From assembly GCA_963708135.1 (NCBI GenBank), contig OY970192.1:1728001-1792000 (forward strand): DNA of 64,000 nt. The letters run 5' to 3'. Below, piece by piece: positions 20,645-32,585 of this stretch; position 1 is the stretch's first letter, and each line of letters begins with the position of its first letter. The translations under genes and the position numbers were made by a program. Below the pieces are notes generated by a model, which saw only the letters and a list, made by a program, of their open reading frames with translations, was not told the DNA's origin and ran no database searches. This DNA is from an uncultured Gemmatimonadales bacterium (GTDB lineage: Bacteria > Gemmatimonadota > Gemmatimonadetes > Longimicrobiales > RSA9).

Positions 20645-23600
20645 TCAGTCTCCCGCCACCGGTGCCGGATGGGCCGCGGCCGGCTCCGCTGCGGCCGAGG
20701 GGGCCTCCCGCCGCAGCACCGCCTCCTGCCACAGCGAGTAGACCGCGGGGATCACGAGCAGCGTGAGCACCGTGGCGGAGACCATCCCGCCCACCATGGG
20801 CGCGGCGATGCGCTTCATGACGCTCGCGCCGGTGCCGTTGCCCCACAGGATCGGCAGTAGGCCGGCGATGATGGCGGTGGCCGTCATGACGACCGGCCGC
20901 AGCCGCTGCCCGGCGCCCTCGCGCACCGCGTCGAGCACGTCGTCGCCGCCGCTGAGCTGCCCCGCCTCGGCCCGCCTGCGGTGCGCCTGCTTGAGGTAGA
21001 CGAGCATCACCACGCCGATCTCCGTGGCCACGCCGCCCAGGGCGATGAAGCCGATGCCCGTGGCCACCGACCAGTTGTAGCCCAGGAGCGCCATGAAGAC
21101 CACGCCGCCCACCAGGGAAAACGGCAGAGAGAGGAGCACGATGGCGGTCTCGCCCGCGCTGCGGAAGTTGAGGTAGAGCAGCAGCGCGATGATGAGCAGG
21201 ACGGCGGGCACCACGAGCATCATCTTCTGCCGCGCCCGCTGCATGTACTCGTACTGCCCCGACCACTGGAGCGAGTAGCCGGCCGGCAGCTTCACCATGC
21301 GCTCGACCATGCTCCGCGCCTCGGTCACGTAACTGCCGATGTCGCGCCCCGTCACGTCAACGTTCACCCACGCCGTGGGAAACCCGCCCTCGGTCTTGAT
21401 GGCCATGGGTCCCTTTACCATGCGGATGGTGGCCACCTCGCCGAGCGGGATCTGTGCGACGCCCGGTGCGGGCGGCGCGCCGGTGCCGCCGCCGGCCGTC
21501 GTCGCCCCCGAAGAAGTCCCCATGGACGCGCCGGCGGCGCCCGACCCCCCCATGCCGCCGCCCGCCGGATCCATGGAGGGCCGGCCGCGGGAGATCGGGA
21601 CGAGCACGTCCGCCAGCTTCTCCGGCTGGTCGCGCAGCTCCTGCGGATAGCGCAGGCGCACGCCGTAGCGCTCGCGCCCCTCGACCGTCTGCGTGATGGT
21701 CATGCCGCCTACGGCCGAGCTGATCACGTTCTGGATGTCCTGGATGTTGAGCCCGTAGCGGGCGGCGGCCGCGCGGTCGATGTCCACATCGAGGTAGTAG
21801 CCCGACACCGCGCGGTCCGCGAACACCGAGCGCGTCCCCGGCACCATGCGGATGGCGGTCTCGATGTCGCGGCCGATCCGCTCCAGCTCGCCCAGGTCGG
21901 GGCCGAAGATCTTGATGCCGACCGGCGTGCGGATGCCCGTGGCCAGCATGTCGATCCGCCCCTTGATGGGCATGGTCCACATGTTGGCGAACCCGGGGTA
22001 GGCGATGGCCGTGTCCATGGCCGCCACGAGCCGCTCCGTGGTCATGCCGTGGCGCCACTGCGCCTCCGGCTTCAGCACGATGGTCGACTCCACCATGTCC
22101 AGCCCCGCCGGGTCCGTGGCCGTCGTGGAGCGTCCCGCCTTGCCGAACACGCTCTGCACCTCGGGGAAGCTCTTCAGGATGCTGTCCTGGCGCTGGACGA
22201 CCGCGCGCACCTGGGCGACGCTGATGCCGGGCAGCGTGCTCGGCATGTACAGGATCGAGCCCTCGCCCAGCGGCGGCATGAACTCGCTGCCGATACGCGA
22301 GAACGGGATCAGGGTCAGGATCAGCACGGCCAGCGCGCCGCCGATCACCGGCCAGCGCCAGCGCAGCACGAAATCGAGCACGGGCCGGTAGAGGCGGGTC
22401 AGCACCCGCGAGATCGGGTTGGCGTCCTCCGGGTGGATCCTGCCCCGGATGAACAGCCCCATCGCCACCGGCACCAGCGTCACGGCGAGGATGGCGGCCG
22501 CGCCCATGGACAGCGTCTTCGTCCACGCCAGCGGCTTGAACAGCCGGCCCTCCTGCGACTCCAGGGTGAAGACGGGCAGGAACGATACGGTGATGATCAG
22601 CAGGCTGAAGAAGAGCGCCGGCCCCACCTCCTTCGAGGACTCCACCACCGCCTTCCAGCGCTGTGCGCTGGTCAGCGCCGGCGCGGACCCCTGCCCGCCG
22701 GATCCCGACTGCGCCTGCGCCCGCTCCAGGTGCTTGTGCATGTTCTCGATCATCACGATCGCGGCGTCGATCATGGCGCCGATGGCGATGGCGATCCCGC
22801 CCAGGCTCATGATGTCGGCGCCCACGCCCACGAGGCGCATGGCGATGAAGGCCATGAGGATCCCGATCGGGAGCGTGACGATCGCCACCAGCGCGCTCGG
22901 CGCGTGGAAGAGGAAGATCAGGCACACCAGCGCGACGACGATCGACTCCTCGATCAGCTTCTCCTTGAGCGTCGAGATGCTGCGCTTGATCAGGTCCGAG
23001 CGGTCGTAGACGGGGTGCACGACCACGCCGGCCGGGAGCCCCTTCTCGATCACGGCCAGCTTCTCCTTCACGCGCTCGATGGTGGCCAGCGCGTTCTCGC
23101 CGAAGCGCATGACGACGATCCCGGCCACGGCATCGCCGCGGCCGTTGTAGTCGGCCACACCGCGGCGCACCTCCGGCGCGAGCTGCACCGTGGCCACGTC
23201 CGCCACGCGGATCGGAGTGCCGCCGGCCGTGGAGCCGACGACGGTGTTCTCGATGTCGCGCGTGCCCTTCAGGTAGCCGAGCCCGCGCACCATGAACTCG
23301 CGCTCGGAGAGCTCGAGCGTCATGGCGCCCGCGTCCTGGTTGGAGCCGCGCAGCGCGGCCATGACCCGCGTCACCGGCACGCCGTAGCCGCGCAGCTTCT
23401 CCGGGTCCACGGTGACCTCGTAGCTCTTCTCGAAGCCGCCCACGGAAGCCACCTCGCTCACGCCCGGCACCGCCGTGAGCTGGTAGCGCAGGTACCAGTC
23501 CTGGAGCGAGCGCAGGTCGGCGAGCGAGCGGGTGCCCGTGGTGTCCTCGAGCACGTACTCGTAGACCCAGCCGAGCCCCGTGGCGTCCGGCCCCAGCGCC

Positions 23601-23980
23601 GCGTCCGCGCCGTTCGGCAGCTTGCCGCGGATCGCCGACAGGTACTCCAGCACCCGGCTGCGGGCCCAGTACAGGTCGGTGCCGTCCTTGAAGATGACGT
23701 AGACGAAGGAGACGCCGAAGAAGGAGTAGCCGCGCACCGTCTCGGCGCCGGGCACCTTCAGCATCTCCGTCGCCACCGGGTAGGTGACCTGGTCCTCCAC
23801 GATCTGCGGCGCCTGGCCGGCGTAGTCCGTCTTGACGATCACCTGCACGTCCGACAGGTCCGGCAGCGCGTCCAGCGGCGTGCTGCGCATGGCCAGGATC
23901 CCCGCCGCGGCGATCGCCAGTGCGCCGAGCAGGACGAGGAAGCGGTTCGCCACCGACCACTCGATGATGCGCTTCAGCAT
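20645..23980 (-). CDS. cusA: CusA/SilA heavy-metal RND efflux permease
   Basis: LDALPDLSDVQV, YWARSRVLEYL, GPDATGLGW; candidate Met triad YMPST, DMVES, WTMPI; RIAAPMVGG. Confidence 0.95.
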   Translation of the reverse strand: MLKRIIEWSVANRFLVLLGALAIAAAGILAMRSTPLDALPDLSDVQVIVKTDYAGQAPQIVEDQVTYPVATEMLKVPGAETVRGYSFFGVSFVYVIFKDGTDLYWARSRVLEYLSAIRGKLPNGADAALGPDATGLGWVYEYVLEDTTGTRSLADLRSLQDWYLRYQLTAVPGVSEVASVGGFEKSYEVTVDPEKLRGYGVPVTRVMAALRGSNQDAGAMTLELSEREFMVRGLGYLKGTRDIENTVVGSTAGGTPIRVADVATVQLAPEVRRGVADYNGRGDAVAGIVVMRFGENALATIERVKEKLAVIEKGLPAGVVVHPVYDRSDLIKRSISTLKEKLIEESIVVALVCLIFLFHAPSALVAIVTLPIGILMAFIAMRLVGVGADIMSLGGIAIAIGAMIDAAIVMIENMHKHLERAQAQSGSGGQGSAPALTSAQRWKAVVESSKEVGPALFFSLLIITVSFLPVFTLESQEGRLFKPLAWTKTLSMGAAAILAVTLVPVAMGLFIRGRIHPEDANPISRVLTRLYRPVLDFVLRWRWPVIGGALAVLILTLIPFSRIGSEFMPPLGEGSILYMPSTLPGISVAQVRAVVQRQDSILKSFPEVQSVFGKAGRSTTATDPAGLDMVESTIVLKPEAQWRHGMTTERLVAAMDTAIAYPGFANMWTMPIKGRIDMLATGIRTPVGIKIFGPDLGELERIGRDIETAIRMVPGTRSVFADRAVSGYYLDVDIDRAAAARYGLNIQDIQNVISSAVGGMTITQTVEGRERYGVRLRYPQELRDQPEKLADVLVPISRGRPSMDPAGGGMGGSGAAGASMGTSSGATTAGGGTGAPPAPGVAQIPLGEVATIRMVKGPMAIKTEGGFPTAWVNVDVTGRDIGSYVTEARSMVERMVKLPAGYSLQWSGQYEYMQRARQKMMLVVPAVLLIIALLLYLNFRSAGETAIVLLSLPFSLVGGVVFMALLGYNWSVATGIGFIALGGVATEIGVVMLVYLKQAHRRRAEAGQLSGGDDVLDAVREGAGQRLRPVVMTATAIIAGLLPILWGNGTGASVMKRIAAPMVGGMVSATVLTLLVIPAVYSLWQEAVLRREAPSAAAEPAAAHPAPVAGD

Positions 23981-23990
23981 GGCGCCCTCC

Positions 23991-25334
23991 TCAGTGGCCG
24001 GGGTGGGCGCTCGGAGCGGTCCCCGCTGCGGGGGCGGCCGGCATCTGCATGCCGGGCGTGTCCTGTGTGGGCCCGGCGTCGCCTGGCTGCGCGGGCGTGG
24101 CCGGCGTCTTCATTCCCGGCATCGCCTGCGCGCCGCTGTCGCCGCCGCCCGGCGCGCCCATGTCCATGCCGGGCATCGAGGCCATGGCGGAGCCGAGGTT
24201 CGATTCGGCGTCGATCAGGAACGTGGCGGAGGAGACCACCACGTCACCCGCGGCGAGGCCGTCCTGGATCTCGATCAGCGTGTCGTTCGCCAGTCCGACC
24301 CGCACGTCGCGGGGCTGGAGCATGCCCCGGGCATCGCGCACGAAGACGAGCGAGCGCTCGCCGGTCCGCAGCACCGCGGTGCGCGGCACGACCAGGCTAC
24401 TCGTTGCCGCGACGGCCAGCGAGATCTTCGCGTACATCCCCGGCTTCAGCGCGAGCCCGGGGTTCTTCAGCGCCACGCGCACCCGGCCCGTGCGGCTCTC
24501 CACGGATACGGTCGGATAGACGTAGGTGACCACCCCGTCCAATGCGCGACCCGGCTGGCTGTCCAGCGTGACGCGCGCGTGCTGCCCGACGGACACGAGC
24601 GAGAGGTCCTTCTCGTACACATCGCCTTCCACCCAGACCGTGGACAGGTCCGCGATGCGGTACAGCGTCATGCCGGGCATGATGCGCGCGCCCCGCACCA
24701 CGTTCTTCTCGACCACCACGCCGTCGGCGGGAGAGCGCAGCGTCAGCGTCTTGCTGGGCACGCCGCTCCGCTCGATGCGCGTGATCTCGTCCGCCGGGAT
24801 GTCCCAGTACGCCAGGCGACGCCGCGCGGACGCCAGCAGCTCGCGCGCGTTCGCCGCCGCCACGCCCGAGGGCGCATCCGCGGACTCATCCACCAGCCGC
24901 CGGGCCAGCAGCAGCTCCTCCTGCGCCGTGACCAGCATCGGGCTGTAGACGGTGAGCAGCGGCAGCCCCTTCTTCACGGCCGCGCCGGTGAAGTCCACGA
25001 ACAGCCTGTCCACCCAGCCCTCGACCTTCGGGTCCACCTCCGCCAGCCGCGTCTCGTCGTAGGTGACCGAGGCCACCGTGCGCAGGGTGCGGCGGAACGG
25101 ACGCACCTCCGCCGTGGCGTACGTCACCCCGATCCGGCGCGCGGCCTCCGGCGTGAGGTGAACGGGCTGCGCCGCCTTCGCCGCCGGCGCGCCGATGCTC
25201 ATTCCCGCCATGCCGCCGTCCGCCTCGGCGGCTGCGCCCGCGCCCAGCGCGGTGCTCCCCGTGTAGATCACCACGACCGCCAGCGCCAGCGCCACCAGGC
25301 CGCCGGCCACCCCCATCTGTTTGCGCGTGCTCAT
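23991..25334 (-). CDS. cusB: CusB-like periplasmic adaptor with Met-rich tails
   Basis: VEGWVDRL, YSPMLVTAQEE, IADLSTVWV, LKPGMY, FLIDAES; MPGM repeats at the C-terminus. Confidence 0.92.
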   Translation of the reverse strand: MSTRKQMGVAGGLVALALAVVVIYTGSTALGAGAAAEADGGMAGMSIGAPAAKAAQPVHLTPEAARRIGVTYATAEVRPFRRTLRTVASVTYDETRLAEVDPKVEGWVDRLFVDFTGAAVKKGLPLLTVYSPMLVTAQEELLLARRLVDESADAPSGVAAANARELLASARRRLAYWDIPADEITRIERSGVPSKTLTLRSPADGVVVEKNVVRGARIMPGMTLYRIADLSTVWVEGDVYEKDLSLVSVGQHARVTLDSQPGRALDGVVTYVYPTVSVESRTGRVRVALKNPGLALKPGMYAKISLAVAATSSLVVPRTAVLRTGERSLVFVRDARGMLQPRDVRVGLANDTLIEIQDGLAAGDVVVSSATFLIDAESNLGSAMASMPGMDMGAPGGGDSGAQAMPGMKTPATPAQPGDAGPTQDTPGMQMPAAPAAGTAPSAHPGH

Positions 25335-26728
25335 CGGACCTCCGCCACCAGGTTGCCGGCCGCCGGAAGCGCGCGGCCAAGGGTCGTCTCCAGCTCCGCG
25401 ACCGCCGTTCCGTAGTCGGCCAGCAGCCCGTAGTAGTCCTGCTCGTACCGGTTCTCCGTCATCTGCGCATCCACCAGCGTCATGAAATCCACGTGGCCCA
25501 CGCGGTAGGCCGAAAGCGAGGACTCCACCGTGGCGGAGGCCTGTGGCAGCACGTCCGTCCGGTACAGCCCGACCAGCGTGCGCGCGCGGTCGAGCTGCGC
25601 CAGCAGCGTCCCGATGCGGGCACGCACCTCCGCCCGCATCTCGGCGAGATCGGCCGTGGCTGCCTCGCGTTCCGCCGCCGCCTCGTCGCGCTCCTGCAGC
25701 TGCCGCTTGCCCGCGAAGACCGGCAGGCTGAAGCCGATCATCGCGCTGCCCATGCGCTGCGTCCCCATGTCCGAGGCGCGCTGGCCGTACTGGACGCCGA
25801 TGCTCAGGTCCGGCCAGATCTGCCTGCGGGCGAGCGCGAGCGCCGCATCGGCGCGCTGCACCCCGCCTCGCCCGGCCTCGAGCAGCGGCCGCGTCGCCTC
25901 CGCCCACGCCAGCAGCGTGTCGCCCGCCGGCACCATCTCCGGCAGCGGCTCGAGCACGGGGGTCGGGATCGGCGTCTCCGCCGGCCGGTCCAGCACCGCG
26001 TTCAGCTTGGCCGCCGAGACCCGGCCCATGGCCTCCATCTGCGCGATGTCCGCCTGCATCCGCGCCACCTCGACCCCCGCGCGCAGCACATCCGCCTGGT
26101 GCCCCTCGCCCGCGGCGTACATCGCCTGCGCCACCTTCTGGAAATCCTGGAGCAGGCGCAGCGTCCGGCGCATCACCTCCAGCTGCCGGTCCGCGCGATA
26201 GAGGTCGTAGAAGCCGGTCGCCGCCGTGGCGCGTACCTGCCACCACGTCTCCGACGCCTTCGCCTCCGCGATGCCCGTACTCGCCTCCGCGACCCGTCCG
26301 CGCAGCCCCAGCTTACCCGGGAACGGCAGCACCTCCATCGCCTGGACCGAGGGCGCCATGGACGTCGGCATGTTCGTGGAGAAGCCCGGCAGCGTGAAGT
26401 TCATGACGCCGAGCTGGAGCGTGGGGTCGGGCGGCAGCGAAGCGCTCGGCTCCCGCGCCGCCACGGCGCGCGCCAGCGCCTCGGCCGCGCCGATCCCCGG
26501 GTTGCGCTGCCGTGCCAGCGCGTAGATCTCGTCCAGCCGGATCCCGCCCCCAGGCGACGCGGCAGCCGCCGCCACCGCACGCGCGCCTTCCGCCGCCGCG
26601 GCCGCGGAACGCACCGGCGGCGGCGCCACGGGCGGCGTCGCCTGGCGCGGCGTCTGTGCGGCGGCGAAGCTCGCCGTCATCAGGGTGAGCAGGAGAGCCG
26701 GCACCCGCGCCCGGCGTATGTGGTGCAT
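25331..26728 (-). CDS. TolC-family outer membrane factor (CusC-like)
   Basis: LPPDPTL, PFPGKL, LPVFAG, AYRVGHVDFMTLVDAQ; first gene of the efflux operon; start could be 26761. Confidence 0.88.
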   Translation of the reverse strand: MHHIRRARVPALLLTLMTASFAAAQTPRQATPPVAPPPVRSAAAAAEGARAVAAAAASPGGGIRLDEIYALARQRNPGIGAAEALARAVAAREPSASLPPDPTLQLGVMNFTLPGFSTNMPTSMAPSVQAMEVLPFPGKLGLRGRVAEASTGIAEAKASETWWQVRATAATGFYDLYRADRQLEVMRRTLRLLQDFQKVAQAMYAAGEGHQADVLRAGVEVARMQADIAQMEAMGRVSAAKLNAVLDRPAETPIPTPVLEPLPEMVPAGDTLLAWAEATRPLLEAGRGGVQRADAALALARRQIWPDLSIGVQYGQRASDMGTQRMGSAMIGFSLPVFAGKRQLQERDEAAAEREAATADLAEMRAEVRARIGTLLAQLDRARTLVGLYRTDVLPQASATVESSLSAYRVGHVDFMTLVDAQMTENRYEQDYYGLLADYGTAVAELETTLGRALPAAGNLVAEVR

Positions 26729-26789
26729 CGAGGCATCCTCGTCGGTGGTGGACTTCAGCATCTCGACCGCAAGTCTAGCGGAGCGGTCG

Positions 26790-26825
26790 TGAACGCTTCG
26801 TGAAGTCCGAATGAAGAGAGCTTCA
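26790..26825 (-). promoter_or_regulatory. Island regulon box upstream of tolC-cusB-cusA
   Basis: On + strand: TGAA at 26790, 26801, 26812 then CTTCA at 26821; minus-strand TAGACT at 26777-26772. Confidence 0.8.
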
Positions 26826-26973
26826 TTGTGCGAGCGCCGCTTGCCGGGGCGCAGGGCAAGCACGCGGGCACCACGGATGGAGTGGAGGGGCCGGCGCGCG
26901 GTCGGGCGCCGGCCCCTCCGGGCGTATGCCGGCCGCCCCGCAACCGGCCCGCGGCCAGGCTGCGACGCCGCCC

Positions 26974-27486
26974 TCAGACGGTCGTGAACGTGAAGATCAT
27001 GCCGTAGCTGCCGTTGGCGTTCTGCCACCCCGGTCCCATCATCCCGCTCCCCATGCCGCCGCCCATCATCTGCTGCGTGGCCCACTGCCCGCCCATCCGG
27101 TCGACACACTCGTCGTAGCCGATCTCGTCGCCGTCGGCGTCGAGCATCCCGCCGCCCAGGTGCAGCGTGTAGGCCGTGCCCGGCTTCAGCACGGCAGCGG
27201 GGGTGAACGTCAGCGTCTTACCGTCCGCCGACCACGTGTCCGTGCCGGGCACGACGGGACCCCTCACGTCCCCCTCGTGAAGCGCGACGTACATCTCCAT
27301 TCCCATCTGCATCGGACCGCTGAAGCTCACCACGATCGGCTGCGTGGGATCCACTCCGGTCGCGCCACCCGTGGGAATCACGTCCAGCACCTCCGTCTTG
27401 ACTGCCGGAGCCGTGCCGTCCTTCGCGCAGCCCGCGCCAATCAGCAGCGCGGCGCCCAGCACCAGCCCCCCGAATCGCTTCCTCAT
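26974..27486 (-). CDS. Ig-like (Big_5-type) lipoprotein with Met-rich segments
   Basis: Lipobox GAGC; P..GATGVDP..PIVVSFSGPM, LTFTP..LKPGTAY; MMGGGMGSGMMG. Confidence 0.8.
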   Translation of the reverse strand: MRKRFGGLVLGAALLIGAGCAKDGTAPAVKTEVLDVIPTGGATGVDPTQPIVVSFSGPMQMGMEMYVALHEGDVRGPVVPGTDTWSADGKTLTFTPAAVLKPGTAYTLHLGGGMLDADGDEIGYDECVDRMGGQWATQQMMGGGMGSGMMGPGWQNANGSYGMIFTFTTV

Positions 27487-27595
27487 GCTTCCCTCCCCGC
27501 CTTTCGCGGCACTCTCGTGCGCCGTCAGCGCGTCCGTTCTCGACCGGGCAGCCGCCGCGGAATCGGGACGCGGCTCCAAGATGACGTGCCAGCGG

Positions 27596-27631
27596 TGAAG
27601 CCAAGGTGAAAACGGGGTGAAGGAACCTTCA
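27596..27631 (-). promoter_or_regulatory. Island regulon box
   Basis: TGAA at 27596, 27607, 27618; TGAAG-gaac-CTTCA. Confidence 0.8.
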
Positions 27632-27651
27632 CAAGCGGCGCTCCCGCCCGC

Positions 27652-28599
27652 TCAATTCTTCACGCGCGCCGGCCAGTCGAAGGCGCGAACGGACACGTCG
27701 GGCACATCGCGGATCTCGAGCCGGAATCCCTCCGGCGGCGCCGCGAGCGCGAAGGCGATGTCCGCGTGGGCGTGGTGACCGGCGAGCGCACCCGCGCGGA
27801 TCGGCGCGAGCGCGCGCCCGCCCACGTGCAGGCGGACCACCTGCGCGAGGTCGACTCCGCTCAGCTCGACGGAATGCGTGTTCGCGGACAGGGCGAAGAT
27901 GAGCTGGCCCCCCTCCCAACGCGGCTGCACCTGGAGGGACACCCTGCCGGGGCTGAGCTGCGGCGCGTAGGATGTCTCCTGTACGGAACCTCGCCCGGCT
28001 TCCCCCGGCTGCGCGGCCGCGGCCGTGACGGCCGTCGCCACGCCCAGGATGACCACGGCGCCCGCGAACACGTAGGGCCAGGCGCGGTCAGCCGGCCACC
28101 GGACCGCGGTGGACAGGAACGAGGGCTGGGCGGGGTAGAGGCCGTGGCGGCGAATCTCCCCCAGCAGGAAGACCAGCCCCACCGCGCTCGACAGCACGCC
28201 CAGCAGCAGGAAGAGCTGCTGGTGGGCCGCGAGGAAGAGCGCGGCGCCCGCCAGTCCGACGAGCGGGAGCACGTCGGCCAGGTGGTGGGCGCAACAGGCG
28301 ATCATCGAGACGGCGCTCGTGCCGCCGGAGGCCGCGATCGCTCCCGTCCCGGCCGTCCGCTCGGCCCTGGCGGCGGCACGCGCGTAGGCGAACAGCCCTA
28401 CCTGCGTGGCGAAGCCGAGCACCAGCGCGGTCATCCAGGGCCACAGCTTGGCGAACTCCTGGACCGCGTGCGGAAACGAGTTGACGAGGCCGACCACGAG
28501 CACGTACAGCGCCAGCAGTCCCGCGCCGGCCGCTACGGCCCAGCCCAGGGCGGTGCGCCGCAGGCTCAGGTGCGTCTCCCACGAGATCGTCGCGGACAT
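27652..28599 (-). CDS. Membrane protein with CCAHH motif and C-terminal His-containing soluble domain
   Basis: SMIACCAHHLADVLP within the TM region; NTHSVEL and GHH in the tail; AAAGGAGG RBS. Confidence 0.8.
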   Translation of the reverse strand: MSATISWETHLSLRRTALGWAVAAGAGLLALYVLVVGLVNSFPHAVQEFAKLWPWMTALVLGFATQVGLFAYARAAARAERTAGTGAIAASGGTSAVSMIACCAHHLADVLPLVGLAGAALFLAAHQQLFLLLGVLSSAVGLVFLLGEIRRHGLYPAQPSFLSTAVRWPADRAWPYVFAGAVVILGVATAVTAAAAQPGEAGRGSVQETSYAPQLSPGRVSLQVQPRWEGGQLIFALSANTHSVELSGVDLAQVVRLHVGGRALAPIRAGALAGHHAHADIAFALAAPPEGFRLEIRDVPDVSVRAFDWPARVKN

Positions 28600-28691
28600 G
28601 GCTCCTGCCTCCTTTTCGTGTGCCGCTGCTCTTCCGCCGCCCGTCAGCCCCCCGGCATCGAGGGTGCGCTGCGAGGATAGCGCGGCGCCCA

Positions 28692-28727
28692 TGAAGTGGC
28701 CGTGAAGTGTGCGTGAAGGCCTCCTCA
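28692..28727 (-). promoter_or_regulatory. Island regulon box
   Basis: TGAAG at 28692, 28703, 28714; minus-strand TATCCT at 28679-28674. Confidence 0.8.
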
Positions 28728-28749
28728 GCGCAGGCCGCTCCCGGGCCGA

Positions 28750-28958
28750 AGGGTGGCGCCCCCGAGATCGTCGCGGTCCTCTACCTCGAGCACGGGGGGC
28801 ACGGCGCCACGGCGTCGGGGTACGCTGCCAGGGCGATCCAGTTCTACCTCGACCGCGAGCATGGCCGGTCGTTCCGGCCCGTCCCCGTTCCACGGGACCG
28901 CATTGAACGCGGGCTGCCCGTGGACTGGAGTTGGCTTCGCTCCCCGGTCACGCCGTAG
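28750..28958 (+). pseudogene. Probable 3' remnant of a penicillin-binding protein 2 (MrdA-like) gene
   Basis: PEIVAVLYLEHGGHGATASG resembles the PBP2 C-terminal PEIA..V.VEHGGHG segment; no upstream domain. Confidence 0.55.
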
Positions 28959-29008
28959 CGCACGCGTCGCCGGGGGAGGGCGCCGCGCGCGGAGGGAAAG
29001 GAGACTCC

Positions 29009-29149
29009 ATGGGCGAAACGCGCCCCAAACGACTCGTCGGGCTGATGCAGATCCTTTGGTATCGCTTCACACACCTGTTCGGACTGGACAGCTGTCCGGT
29101 GGAGCCGCCCAGCCCGCCCGGGCCGCCGTCGAAACCGAAGCGGCCCTGA
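29009..29149 (+). CDS. 46-aa hypothetical protein
   Basis: Strong AAAGGAG RBS; MGETRPKRLVGLMQILWYRFTHLFGLDSCPVEPP... Confidence 0.5.
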   Translation: MGETRPKRLVGLMQILWYRFTHLFGLDSCPVEPPSPPGPPSKPKRP

Positions 29150-29236
29150 CCGCGCGTCGGCCGGTCGGTTCAACGCCAGCCTCCTTCACGGCCGCGGCGG
29201 TGTACGACCTCCCAGCATTCCCTGCCCGCCCGCGCC

Positions 29237-29301
29237 CGGGCCCATCATGCCACGTCCGTCCGTGTTCGGGCCCATCATGCGACGTCCGGCCGTATCCGGG
29301 C
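29237..29301. repeat. 30-bp tandem repeat encoding MMGP units on the minus strand
   Basis: CGGGCCCATCATGC.ACGTCCG.CCGT x2. Confidence 0.7.
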
Positions 29302-29332
29302 GCCCGTCTTCCGCCTCACCTCGCGGAAAAGC

Positions 29333-29572
29333 CTAGCAGCAGCCGCCTCTGCGCCGCGGCCCTCCGGAAGATGCCCCGGCGGCCGGCTCCTCCCGCTCCG
29401 CCTCCGAAGCGGCATCGCCCCCGCCCTGCCTGGCGTCGGCGGAATGCTCGACGTGCCCCCCGCTTCCGTGCATGCCCTCCGCCACGGCCGTCTCTTCGCC
29501 GCCGACGCGCCGCATCAGGAAATACAGCGCGACAACGACGCCGATCGCGATGATCCACCCTGTCGTGCCCAT
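29333..29572 (-). CDS. Small single-TM protein with His-rich linker and C-terminal GGCC
   Basis: MGTTGWIIAIGVVVALYFLM...MHGSGGHVEH...RRGGCC*; GAGGAGG RBS. Confidence 0.75.
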   Translation of the reverse strand: MGTTGWIIAIGVVVALYFLMRRVGGEETAVAEGMHGSGGHVEHSADARQGGGDAASEAEREEPAAGASSGGPRRRGGCC

Positions 29573-29628
29573 CGATCCTCCTCGGGTTCGGTCTCCTGCC
29601 TTCGCCGGGGACGATGGGCACCGGGCCG

Positions 29629-29717
29629 TGAATCCAGCGTGAGATCGACATGAGCCGTGCTTCACGCGGCGTGCGGTCGGCTGAAGATATCTTCATGCGC
29701 GCTTCACACGGATTTCA
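29629..29717. promoter_or_regulatory. Two back-to-back regulon boxes (divergent promoter)
   Basis: 29629-29664 faces minus; 29682-29717 TGAAG-atat-CTTCA-N6-CTTCA-N6-TTTCA faces plus, with TAGGTT at 29730. Confidence 0.8.
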
Positions 29718-29827
29718 GGTGTAGATGACTAGGTTCGCGTCATGAGCGCCCGGTCGGAGGCGTCCGGTGCGTATCTCCCCAGGCATTCCGGGGGCGCCTC
29801 GATTCCTCTCACGGAAGGAGCAGGGCC

Positions 29828-29980
29828 ATGGCGGAGAAGGCTAAGGATCCGGTCTGCGGGATGCAGGTGGATCCCGGGAAGGCGGCGGGGACGAGTGTCT
29901 ACCAGGGCCGCACCTATTACTTCTGCAGCGCCGGGTGCAAGAAGAAGTTCGATGAACACCCCGGGAAGTTCACCGAGTAG
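29828..29980 (+). CDS. YHS-domain protein (putative copper chaperone); not in the ORF track
   Basis: [59 protein letters not shown]. Confidence 0.92.
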   Translation: MAEKAKDPVCGMQVDPGKAAGTSVYQGRTYYFCSAGCKKKFDEHPGKFTE

Positions 29981-30066
29981 ACGGAAGCGCCCGGGCGGCG
30001 GCCGCCGCGCCAGACGCTGGCGGCGCCGCTCGGGCCGGGCAGGCACACGAGTCGAGGAGAACCCAG

Positions 30067-32532
<2,466 letters not shown>

Positions 32533-32585
32533 GCGGGCGCGGCCGTCGCGCGCCGCCGCGCGCAGCCACTCGAAAGGAGAACACC

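Noticed and set aside
20981..24529. Very long antisense or alternative-frame ORFs (also 1069-3714, 30685-32337, 54405-57017, 61890-63896)
   Set aside because: Shadows of real genes in high-GC DNA; no family motifs
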